Positions 51,042 through 59,623 of a stretch of DNA of 64,000 nt are shown piece after piece. Positions within the stretch are counted from its first letter, which is position 1, and each line of letters opens with the position of its first letter. The DNA lies in assembly GCA_963823335.1 (NCBI GenBank), contig CAWGLD010000001.1, forward strand, positions 192,001-256,000, given 5' to 3'. This DNA is from an uncultured delta proteobacterium (GTDB lineage: Bacteria; Desulfobacterota; Desulfobacteria; Desulfobacterales; B30-G6). The translations under genes were made by a program, and so were the position numbers. The notes beneath the pieces were generated by a model. That model was not told the origin of the DNA. It saw only the letters and a program-made list of their open reading frames with translations, and ran no database searches.

Positions 51042-52025
51042 TTAAACGCCTCCAAAGGGCCTGGGGATGGTCCAGCGGTTGATTAGCGGGGTCAGGGCAT
51101 TCATGAGAAGCACGGCAAACATGACACCTTCCGGGTATCCGCTGAACAGACGCAGTATCATTACCAGCACACCGATACCGATACCAAAAATCCATTTCCC
51201 TCTGGGCGTCAACGGGCTGGTTACCGGATCGGTGGCGATGAAAAAAGCCCCGAACAGAAGTGCCCCACCCATGACATGGTGCACCACGGTCCATGAATCG
51301 GCCGGACTGGTCAGATTGGCAATACCGCCAATGGCCACAGACGCGGCTATCATACCAGCCGGGATTTCCCAGGAAGCCACACGTCGAACACACAGGTAAA
51401 GCCCACCCAGCAGACAGGCAGGCACGCTGGTTTCTCCCAGTGAACCATTGGTATATCCCCAGAACATAGGTGCCAGAGAGGTGCTAACATCGGACAGTTT
51501 GTGTGCTGTCAGGGGTGTCGCCTGGGAGAGAATATCCACGTTGGCGGATAGATCCACATATCCGGAAGCGCCAAGACTGCCGGCAAAGGATATCATGACA
51601 AAGGCACGTCCCACCATGGCCGGGTTGAAAATGTTCATCCCCACACCACCAAAGACCATTTTTCCGATACCCATGGCGACCATGGCGCCGATACAGCCCA
51701 CGTACCAGGGGGCCGTCGCCGGCAAAGACAATCCCAGGATCAATCCGGTCACCACGGCGGATAAATCGCCGACACTCACCGGTTTGGAACACATGCGGGT
51801 AAAAACCAACTCGGCACCCAGACAGCTTGTTACACAGATCAGCAGCTGCATGACGGCCGCCCATTTAAAAAACCACACCGCCGCAATCACCAGGGGGGTC
51901 AAGGCGATAATCACATCACGCATCATGCCCGGGATGGTCATACCCATGTTGAACATATGGGGAGATGGGGCCACGTGGATAACGGGGCTGTTCGGGTGGG
52001 CATCGTTTTTTTGTTTTGCGTTCAT
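51042..52025 (-). CDS. rnfD: Rnf complex subunit D
   Basis: SPH, FGGVGMNIFNPA, SQATPL, GSLGETS, ATDPVTSP, YPEGV; ATGA overlap with rnfC. Confidence 0.94.
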   Translation of the reverse strand: MNAKQKNDAHPNSPVIHVAPSPHMFNMGMTIPGMMRDVIIALTPLVIAAVWFFKWAAVMQLLICVTSCLGAELVFTRMCSKPVSVGDLSAVVTGLILGLSLPATAPWYVGCIGAMVAMGIGKMVFGGVGMNIFNPAMVGRAFVMISFAGSLGASGYVDLSANVDILSQATPLTAHKLSDVSTSLAPMFWGYTNGSLGETSVPACLLGGLYLCVRRVASWEIPAGMIAASVAIGGIANLTSPADSWTVVHHVMGGALLFGAFFIATDPVTSPLTPRGKWIFGIGIGVLVMILRLFSGYPEGVMFAVLLMNALTPLINRWTIPRPFGGV

Positions 52026-53413
52026 TTTCTCGCTTCTGCTGCAATCCGGGTCTTGCCCGTTCGGATGAGCTGCACCAGGGGCAGCCCTGCCGGGCATATA
52101 TATGAACAGGAACCACATTCAAAACAGGCCAAAATATTGTATTTGCGTGCCAGATTCAATTCATTGAGCCGGGAGGCCGTCGCGATCTTGGTAGGCACCA
52201 GGTTCATGGGACAGACATCCACACAGCGACCGCAACGAATGCAGACAGTGCGTCCCACCCGCCGTATTTCTTCATGGGTCAGAACCGTAATGCCACTGGT
52301 TCCTTTGGTTACCGGGATGCCGGGGTTTGTAAATGCAAAACCCATCATGGGACCGCCGGCTATGATACGGGCTGCTGTCTGCCGCAGACCACCGCAATAG
52401 TCGATGAGTTCACCCATGGCAATACCGATAGGAACCAGCAGGTTCTTGGGCTGGACAATGCCACCGCCGGTGACGCTCACCACACGGTGAGTCAGGGGGA
52501 GACTGCGCATCACGCCCCGGGCCAGACTGGTAGCCGTGGCCACGTTTGTCATGGCCACTCCGATATCGGAAGGAAGGCCTCCCAGGGGAACCTCCCGGTT
52601 CAAAACGGCTTTGATCAGGTGCTTTTCACTTCCCTGAGGATATTTTGTCCTGAGAACAGCGATGTGAATTCCGGCGCCGGATGCCGCGCGCCGCAGTGAT
52701 GCCACCGCTTCCATCTTGTTGTCCTCGATACCGATATAGGTCTTTTTTGCACCTACGGCCCTGGTTGCCAGCAAAGCCCCTGCCACCACAGCCTCGGGGG
52801 CTTCCACCATCACCCGGTAATCGGTGGTGAGATAGGGTTCGCACTCGCATCCGTTGACCATCAAGGTATCGATGGGTTTCTGGTCATTGGAGGTGATTTT
52901 CACGTGCGTAGGGAAGGCTGCACCGCCAAGTCCCACGATACCAGCCTCATGAATAGCCTCGGATATTTTTTCAGGAACCATGGTCTGGTAGGTTTTCTGG
53001 GGCCATTTTCCACCAAACATTTGGTCCCACAACGCTTGACCGTCAACCTGTCCTCCAGCGGCTTTGATGGCAATAGCCTGTAGATGTCGCCCATTTGCCA
53101 AGGTCACCGTTTCCATCTTCTGGACCACACCGGAGATGGGGGCGTGCAGGGAAGCGGAGACAAAAACCTCGCCTTTGCCGACCATTTCTCCGAAAATTAC
53201 CGCTTGTTTGGCTTTGACCATGGGTGTGCAGGGCCCGCCGATGTGCTGCTGCAGGGGCAGAAGTACCTTTTCCGGAGTGGGCATGATTTCGATGGGCGAA
53301 TCAGCTGCCAGGTTTTTTTGCTCCGGTGGATGAACCCCGTGTGTAAAAGTACCCCGTCCAGGATACGAGTCCGTGGTGTAATGTTTTTGATAGCGCTTTC
53401 TCAGAAAAACCAT
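52022..53413 (-). CDS. rnfC: Rnf complex subunit C
   Basis: QHIG, GIVGLGGAAFPTHVK, NGCECEPY, KYPQGSEK, GGPMMG, CIRCGRC, CFECGSC. Confidence 0.95.
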   Translation of the reverse strand: MVFLRKRYQKHYTTDSYPGRGTFTHGVHPPEQKNLAADSPIEIMPTPEKVLLPLQQHIGGPCTPMVKAKQAVIFGEMVGKGEVFVSASLHAPISGVVQKMETVTLANGRHLQAIAIKAAGGQVDGQALWDQMFGGKWPQKTYQTMVPEKISEAIHEAGIVGLGGAAFPTHVKITSNDQKPIDTLMVNGCECEPYLTTDYRVMVEAPEAVVAGALLATRAVGAKKTYIGIEDNKMEAVASLRRAASGAGIHIAVLRTKYPQGSEKHLIKAVLNREVPLGGLPSDIGVAMTNVATATSLARGVMRSLPLTHRVVSVTGGGIVQPKNLLVPIGIAMGELIDYCGGLRQTAARIIAGGPMMGFAFTNPGIPVTKGTSGITVLTHEEIRRVGRTVCIRCGRCVDVCPMNLVPTKIATASRLNELNLARKYNILACFECGSCSYICPAGLPLVQLIRTGKTRIAAEARK

Positions 53414-53439
53414 TTATCTGTTCATTTCAAACAAGAATA

Positions 53440-53515
53440 TTGAAGTACCCCGCAGCATGCAAAGCACTGCCGAACGGCAAAACCTGCCGGGGAGGCTCTC
53501 GCTGTTGCAGTTCAC
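53440..53515 (+). mobile_element. Mini-element family B, degenerate copy in rnfC leader
   Basis: ttgaagtaccccgcagc...ctgccgaacggca...ctcgctgttgcagttcac. Confidence 0.5.
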
Positions 53516-53595
53516 CCATTGTTCGGTTTTTAATCGGCTCGACACGACAGACTGGGTCTGCAATCTCATTCCTTATGTCGTGACCTGGCATGATT

Positions 53596-53617
53596 GTTAT
53601 TGACCTAAGTCAATAAC
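53596..53617. promoter_or_regulatory. Palindrome upstream of rnf operon (candidate operator)
   Basis: GTTATTGAC-ctaa-GTCAATAAC, 9-bp perfect arms. Confidence 0.5.
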
Positions 53618-53883
53618 CTGATGAACTTTTAAATGAACTTTCACAGTTTTTAAGAAAGAAGTATGGCTATGGGGATATATGGGAAACAAGCTGAAAATCC
53701 CGTTTTCAGGACTGCGGGATAAGCAGCAAATGAAATAGAAGAACCTTACCAGCGCAAAGGGCTGGGCCGGAGAGAAGATTCCCTGCAGCTGTTCGACTGT
53801 CTTTGACCCTGCCTTCAGACCGCAGGGAACCCGCAGAAGTCTTGCTGCAGGGTATGCTTCACTATTTCAGGAAAAACTGCGGA

Positions 53884-54348
53884 TTAATCGCCCTGTTCCG
53901 CCATGTAATCGTCATAAATGGTCTCGAGAATATTTTTATGTTTGGCCTCTTCCTGGGACAGGATTTTAAAAACTTGAACAAACTCGGGTTTGTCCGCCGT
54001 CTTTGCGGCCAGATCGTTATATAGCTGCAGGGCCACTTCTTCGCGCTTCATGGCCAGACGCAGGATCTCTGTGTAATGCATGCCCTTCTCATAGGTAACA
54101 TCCACCATGTAGTCACTGCGCTTAATATCCGGGATCCATTCAAATTTATATTGGGCAATTTTCTCTTTCTGATTGCCCAGATTTTCAAGCATACTGACGT
54201 GTTTCTTTTCCTCTTTTGCAAAACCTTCGAATGTCTTCTTCACGGCCTCAAAAGATTCATTGTCGGCGATCTCTTTGTAAAAAGACACGGCTTCTTTCTC
54301 TTTATTCAAGGCATATTCGATAATCTCGTCCACCGAATTGAAATTCAT
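53884..54348 (-). CDS. Ferritin-like/rubrerythrin-family di-iron protein (no rubredoxin domain)
   Basis: E..A..FY, EEKKH, LAMKRE, EEAKH; AGGAGG RBS. Confidence 0.88.
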   Translation of the reverse strand: MNFNSVDEIIEYALNKEKEAVSFYKEIADNESFEAVKKTFEGFAKEEKKHVSMLENLGNQKEKIAQYKFEWIPDIKRSDYMVDVTYEKGMHYTEILRLAMKREEVALQLYNDLAAKTADKPEFVQVFKILSQEEAKHKNILETIYDDYMAEQGD

Positions 54349-54449
54349 TGAGTCCTCCTGTTGTGTTTTGGGTAGTCAATTGCACTTAAATCGAGCAATT
54401 ACTGCATTTTTAATAAGGTTATCGTTCTATTTTCATGAAATGTTCAAAA

Positions 54450-54611
54450 TAACCCGGGTATTTCACGAACCTGATCGGTTTTGGCGCAAGGCATTTTAGC
54501 CTGAAGTCGTAGTCAATTACTGCGAAGGCTGAATAACACAGTGCCAGGGCCGATCAGGAAAGCCCGAAGGGTGAAACTTGACTTGTCAAGTTTCATGAAA
54601 TGTTCGGGCTA
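54450..54611. mobile_element. Long-hairpin MITE/structured element family C, copy 2
   Basis: TIR taacccgggtatttcacga / tcatgaaatgttcgggcta; TA termini. Confidence 0.65.
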
Positions 54612-54782
54612 TTCGGCCAGAGCATAGTAACATCTTATGGGTGACACGATCTTGCCCTGCTTCTTGAGCTCCTGGAATACTTTTGATACCTCTTTGTTCT
54701 CCACGCCAAGTTCCTTGGCAATCTCTCCCGCTTTTACGGGTTTTCCTGCTTTCTTCATGGCAGTGACCACTTTCTTTTGCAT
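54609..54782 (-). CDS. Small winged-helix DNA-binding protein (57 aa)
   Basis: Not in ORF track: MQKKVVTAMKKAGKPVKAGEIAKELGVENKEVSKVFQELKKQGKIVSPIRCYYALAE; GGGAGG RBS. Confidence 0.85.
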   Translation of the reverse strand: MQKKVVTAMKKAGKPVKAGEIAKELGVENKEVSKVFQELKKQGKIVSPIRCYYALAE

Positions 54783-54796
54783 TGTTTCCTCCCTTG

Positions 54797-54836
54797 ATAA
54801 AATCGTTACCCGATTTTATGATACACGACACCGTCG
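54797..54836 (-). promoter_or_regulatory. 40-bp bipartite palindromic motif before wHTH gene
   Basis: ataaaatcg-N5-cgattttat-N6-cgac-N3-gtcg (perfect). Confidence 0.65.
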
Positions 54837-54908
54837 CTCATCTGGTGAGCGGCTTCCCCTTTGTTCTTGCCGGTGAGACCGCCCTTGGCAAATGCGAACG
54901 TGCCTATA

Positions 54909-55265
54909 TTACGCCGCATTTAGTTCATGCTGCAACCATTTTTTAATATCCCCGGATATAGCATAAACTCCTTTTAGACGGCCGTTTTCCGATATATACT
55001 CCGTTTCCAGATCTTGCGGCATCCGGATTTCTGCCAATTCTTCAGCGTTTTCTGAATTTCGGCGAACTAGAAATATGACAGGTTTTTTTTTCCATGTATT
55101 CACGACAAAATAGTGGCTCACATCATCCTTGGAGCGAACGACATAATTGCCCCTTGCCCAGTTGTTACCCCACTCAAGATACAACCGCACAGCCTCTTCG
55201 GGGGTCATATCCCAATCAATAACGTTGATCAGTTCCCTGTTTTTCTTAATTTCTTCTAAGGTCAT
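54909..55265 (-). CDS. DVU0772-family protein
   Basis: IDWDMTPEEAVRLYLEWGNNW, YFVVNTW, LVRRNS; GGAG RBS. Confidence 0.8.
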   Translation of the reverse strand: MTLEEIKKNRELINVIDWDMTPEEAVRLYLEWGNNWARGNYVVRSKDDVSHYFVVNTWKKKPVIFLVRRNSENAEELAEIRMPQDLETEYISENGRLKGVYAISGDIKKWLQHELNAA

Positions 55266-55277
55266 GGTATTGTCTCC

Positions 55278-55317
55278 ATAAAATCGCATGGCGATTTTAT
55301 CAATGGCGGCTATGCCG
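55278..55317 (-). promoter_or_regulatory. 40-bp bipartite palindromic motif before DVU0772-like gene
   Basis: ataaaatcg-N5-cgattttat-N6-cggc-N3-gccg. Confidence 0.65.
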
Positions 55318-55473
55318 CCTGATTTATTAAATAACAGATCCTTGCATGGTCGTTGATCCTATCAATAGTATCGTCAAATGCTAAAAACATGCCAATTGCC
55401 ATTTCCACGACATCCTAAGAAGGCAATTTTCGCGGACCGGGGCAGGATGCTGCAGAAAGGTATCAGCACCCGC

Positions 55474-55555
55474 CTGAACCGCAACAGCGAGCGCATTTCC
55501 CGCGGGTTCTGCCTGCGGCAGAACATTCCTCGCAGCTTGCTGCGAGGTTCTTCAA
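55474..55555 (-). mobile_element. Mini-element family B, full copy (reverse)
   Basis: Reverse complement ttgaagaacctcgcagcaagctgcgagg...gcggttcag. Confidence 0.65.
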
Positions 55556-55657
55556 TACTGTTTCAAAGATACCATAGCTCTTGTCTCTTGAGACAGGTAT
55601 GTGTCATAAAGTAAGGATTGAAACAGAGACATCAAGGGCAAACGGTTCGAATACCTG

Positions 55658-56506
55658 TCATGGCAAATGTTCTATGATAAATTCGATGATCTCTTTTGGT
55701 TTTTCCATGGGGATGAGGTGTCCGGCGCCGGGAATAAGCCGGTAAGTGCCCTGCTGGAACCTTAAGGTGGCTTTTTTAAGATCGACAAAGGGACGATTGG
55801 TGCTCTCCTCTCCCTCGAGCACGAATACCGGGCAGGCAATTTTCGGCAGCATGGGCCAAGGGTCATAACCCATACCGCCCATGAACAGAGAGGCTTCTTT
55901 CTCAGGAGAGCAGGCCAGTTCCAGTCCCCCGCTCCCAAGAGAAACCGTGCCATGCTCGATATACAGATCCAAAAATTCTTCTTCCCAGTTTTTAAACAGT
56001 GGTTTCCGCCTGAAATCGGCCTTCACCTCACCCAGATCTCTCCATATGTTACGCCGTTTGATGGATCGACTGGCCAGGGGGTGGTCCTCAACACGAAGTT
56101 GTATTTGGTAAAAGTCCTGTGGCAAGAATATCGGCTCGATCAGGATCATACCGGAAGCTCGTGGGCCATGAGTCGCCTCGGCAATGGTCATGACCGTCGC
56201 GCCCATGGAATGACCCACCAGGAGCGGATTTTCGATGTTCAAGCGTTCACACAAGCGGCATAGATCTTCGGCCAGAAGCATCCAGCTGAGCCCTCCTTTC
56301 TGGGGATCGGTTTGGCGATGATCACAAAAATAGGGCGCAATCACCTTGCGATGCCTGGAAAGCTCGCGGGCAATGGGGTGCCACAACATGGGCAGAAACC
56401 CAGTGGCATGCAAGAGCAGGATCGGTGGATCCTGGCCATCATATTGCAGATACTGCAGGTCGACATCACCGATCTTCTGGGACAGGACAACCGGTTGTAC
56501 GGGCAT
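55658..56506 (-). CDS. Alpha/beta hydrolase
   Basis: LLHATG, GHSMG nucleophile elbow, GHLIPME. Confidence 0.9.
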   Translation of the reverse strand: MPVQPVVLSQKIGDVDLQYLQYDGQDPPILLLHATGFLPMLWHPIARELSRHRKVIAPYFCDHRQTDPQKGGLSWMLLAEDLCRLCERLNIENPLLVGHSMGATVMTIAEATHGPRASGMILIEPIFLPQDFYQIQLRVEDHPLASRSIKRRNIWRDLGEVKADFRRKPLFKNWEEEFLDLYIEHGTVSLGSGGLELACSPEKEASLFMGGMGYDPWPMLPKIACPVFVLEGEESTNRPFVDLKKATLRFQQGTYRLIPGAGHLIPMEKPKEIIEFIIEHLP

Positions 56507-56756
56507 GCTCGCTACCTTTTCATCATAGTTTCTTTCGATCCACTGATTTTAGCACCTGTATTCAATATGTCAACTACGCTGCCATGGCTGTGAACATGCC
56601 ATTGACCGCTATTGATATCTGTCCTACTTTACAGTATAGATAGTGACATGGTATCGGTTTGACGTTTAAATGAAAAGAGCATTGGCCTGGAAGAAAGAAG
56701 TGATCGTCCAAGGTCTGTTTCTAATGAGCCCAGTAGACCCTTCAGAGAAATACCAA

Positions 56757-57755
56757 ATGAACCAACGAACCTTCCGAGCAATGATTGTCGAAGAAACCCA
56801 CGACCACCAGTATGTTCGCCATATCAAAGAAAGATTGATTTCCGATCTGGTGGATGAGGATGTTCTTGTGCATGTCTCTTATTCCTCCTTGAACTACAAG
56901 GACGCCCTCTCTGCCGTGGGCAACCGGGGTGTTACCCGAACGTACCCCCACACCCCCGGTATCGATGCCGCAGGCATTGTCGAAGAAAGCCGCAACAAGA
57001 CCTTTCAAAACGGCGATGCCGTTATCGTAACGAGCTACGATCTTGGCATGAATACGCCGGGAGGCTTCGGCCAGTATATCCGCATACCCGCGGACTGGGT
57101 GGTCCCCCTGCCCAAAGGCCTTACGCTTAAAGAAAGCATGATCTACGGAACAGCCGGGTTTACCGCGGGTTTGTCTGTGTTTTCTCTGACCCACACCGTA
57201 AAGCCCGAGCAGGGAGAGATTCTGGTGACCGGGGCCACCGGTGGTGTCGGCAGCATAAGCACGGCAATCCTGAGTAAACTGGGCTACCATGTCGTGGCGG
57301 TCAGCGGCAAACCCGATGCGACAGATTTTCTCTTGAACCTGGGTGCCAAACGGGTTGTAACACGGAAAGACGTCAGCGACGAGAGCCAGCAGCCCCTCCT
57401 GAAGGGCGCCTGGGCCGGTGTGATAGACACCGTGGGCGGAAACATACTGGCCACCGCCATCAAGTCCACCCTTCCCTGGGGAACGGTGACTACATGTGGC
57501 ATGGTGGCATCGCCGGATCTTCCCCTGACAGTATTCCCATTTATCCTGCGCGGAATCAAGCTGATCGGGATCAATTCCCAGAGCTGTCCCATGAAACACC
57601 GTCAATATATCTGGAAACAGCTCGCCACTAACTGGAAAATCGACCAGCTCGAAACCCTCTGCCGGGAGGTCTCCCTGGAAGGGCTGAGTCCATTGATCGA
57701 CACGATCCTCAAGGGCGGGATCAAAGGCCGGACAATCGTCAACCTGGAAACTTGA
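56757..57755 (+). CDS. YhdH/YhfP (AcuI-like) NADPH-dependent oxidoreductase
   Basis: YSSLNYKDAL, PGIDAAG, GTAGFTA, TGATGGVGS, PFILRG. Confidence 0.9.
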   Translation: MNQRTFRAMIVEETHDHQYVRHIKERLISDLVDEDVLVHVSYSSLNYKDALSAVGNRGVTRTYPHTPGIDAAGIVEESRNKTFQNGDAVIVTSYDLGMNTPGGFGQYIRIPADWVVPLPKGLTLKESMIYGTAGFTAGLSVFSLTHTVKPEQGEILVTGATGGVGSISTAILSKLGYHVVAVSGKPDATDFLLNLGAKRVVTRKDVSDESQQPLLKGAWAGVIDTVGGNILATAIKSTLPWGTVTTCGMVASPDLPLTVFPFILRGIKLIGINSQSCPMKHRQYIWKQLATNWKIDQLETLCREVSLEGLSPLIDTILKGGIKGRTIVNLET

Positions 57756-57826
57756 TCATTTGGATTTTTGTCATTTCGTATTGTCTAGGATTTCCAACTT
57801 CGCACTTCGGATTTATAGGAATATAT

Positions 57827-58666
57827 ATGAAGCCTCTCGATTTTTCCGATAACCACTTCAAAATTTTTATCGAGGTGGTGCCACCTGCGGGACCCGATGC
57901 CGGCCCGCTCATGCATCAGTTGAAATCCATTGCAACGCTTCCGTTCCAGGCCTTCAGCGTGGCCACGAACCCGGTTGCCAAACCGCGCATGAGTGCCATG
58001 GCGACCTGTGCACTCACCCAGAAGCAAACAAACAAACCCGCTATCCTTCACTGTACTACCCGGGATCACAACCGCATCAGTCTCCAGGGAATGCTCTGGG
58101 GGGCACAGGCATTGGGGATCGAGACCGTGCTGATTGCCACTGGTGACATGGTCGCCTTACAAGACCGCAAGACCACCACCCGGGTTCGTGACATGGATGT
58201 TTTTGGTCTGGTAGGCATGGCCAGGCAATCCGGTCTTCAGACCGGTGTGGTGATCGATCCCCATCCGGAATCCAATGGATTTAAGACGGCCATCCGCCGC
58301 CTGGCACAAAAAATCGATGCCGGTGCCCAGTTTGCGGTTACCCAACCCATCTACGATGCCGAGACCGCCGATACCATGGCCCGGGCCACCCACGCCATGG
58401 GCATCCCCGTCATTATGGGAATTCTGCCCCTGCGAACGGCGCGCCATGCCGACTTTCTACACCAGAAAGTCGCCGGCATCGCCGTGCCCAGGTCGTTGCG
58501 GGAGCAGATGCACCAGACTGACAACGCCATCAAGACCGGCAATCAGAATGCCCGTGAAATGCTGAAAACCGCCTTAGAACGTTTTGCCGGTGCCTGCGTC
58601 ATGCCGCCCTTTGACCACTATGAGGTACTGGAAGACATTTTGAATTTTGATTTTGACACGGCCTGA
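57827..58666 (+). CDS. metF: Methylenetetrahydrofolate reductase-family protein
   Basis: EVVPP, HCTTRDHNRISLQ, TGD, KIDAGAQFAVTQPIYD, GILPL. Confidence 0.8.
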   Translation: MKPLDFSDNHFKIFIEVVPPAGPDAGPLMHQLKSIATLPFQAFSVATNPVAKPRMSAMATCALTQKQTNKPAILHCTTRDHNRISLQGMLWGAQALGIETVLIATGDMVALQDRKTTTRVRDMDVFGLVGMARQSGLQTGVVIDPHPESNGFKTAIRRLAQKIDAGAQFAVTQPIYDAETADTMARATHAMGIPVIMGILPLRTARHADFLHQKVAGIAVPRSLREQMHQTDNAIKTGNQNAREMLKTALERFAGACVMPPFDHYEVLEDILNFDFDTA

Positions 58667-58721
58667 TGCCTGAATTAGCATAACGGGATTAGAACCAAAC
58701 AAATCAGAGAGGATTACGACC

Positions 58722-59390
58722 ATGATAACCACCAGAAAGCCTATACACGATCTCTTCTCTTTTATAATCATAACAATTTTTTTTCTAATGGTAACCGGTT
58801 GTTCCAAAGCCTATTACGGCGCCATGGAAAAAGTGGGCGTCCATAAAAGGGATATTCTCGTGGATCGGGTGGAGAATGCCAGGGATGCCCAGGCGGATGC
58901 GCAAGAGCAATTTAAAGATGCCCTGGAGCAGTTTGGGTCGGTTGTCAAAATTGAAACCACCGATCTCAAGGAGGCCTACGAAAAACTCAATTCCGAATAT
59001 GAAAAAAGCGACGAGGCCGCCAAAGAAGTATCCAGCAGAATCGAAAAGGTGGAATCCGTGGCCGATGACCTGTTTGCAGAATGGGAAAAAGAACTGAATC
59101 AATATACAAACCAGGCCTTGCGCACCAACAGTGCCCGGAAGCTCGAAGACACCAGGGGACGTTACAATAAAATGCTGGCCAGTATGCACAAGGCTGAAAA
59201 AAGTATGGACCCGATCCTGGGAACCTTCCATGACAATGTGTTGTATCTAAAACACAATCTCAATGCCCAGGCCATTGGCTCTCTGCGCTCCGAATTTGCC
59301 GGTCTCAAGGTGAAAATCGAGGATCTCATCAAGAGCATGAACGACGCCATCACCAACTCGAACCAGTTTATCGAAAATCTCAACCAATAA
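58722..59390 (+). CDS. DUF2959-family lipoprotein
   Basis: TGC lipobox, AYYGAMEKVGVHKRDILVDRV, VLYLKHNLNAQAIGSL. Confidence 0.85.
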   Translation: MITTRKPIHDLFSFIIITIFFLMVTGCSKAYYGAMEKVGVHKRDILVDRVENARDAQADAQEQFKDALEQFGSVVKIETTDLKEAYEKLNSEYEKSDEAAKEVSSRIEKVESVADDLFAEWEKELNQYTNQALRTNSARKLEDTRGRYNKMLASMHKAEKSMDPILGTFHDNVLYLKHNLNAQAIGSLRSEFAGLKVKIEDLIKSMNDAITNSNQFIENLNQ

Positions 59391-59493
59391 TATTGCTGAA
59401 TTGAAACAAAATGAAAGAAAGGATGAAGATTACACGATCCTATATCGTGAACTTCCTTCTAAAATTACCATAATGGCTCCTCACGGAAAATAG

Positions 59494-59573
59494 GGGACGT
59501 TCTTTGGTTTATTGGTTTTCTAAGCATCTCCGTGAAATCAGTTCGTGTTTTCCAATAAACCAAAGAACGTCCC
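59494..59573. repeat. 22-bp perfect inverted repeat between convergent genes
   Basis: gggacgttctttggtttattgg / ccaataaaccaaagaacgtccc, 36-nt spacer. Confidence 0.85.
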
Positions 59574-59623
59574 TTTTCCTCCATAAATTGAAAAATCTCG
59601 CAGCCCTCAGAGCAGAAACAGCG

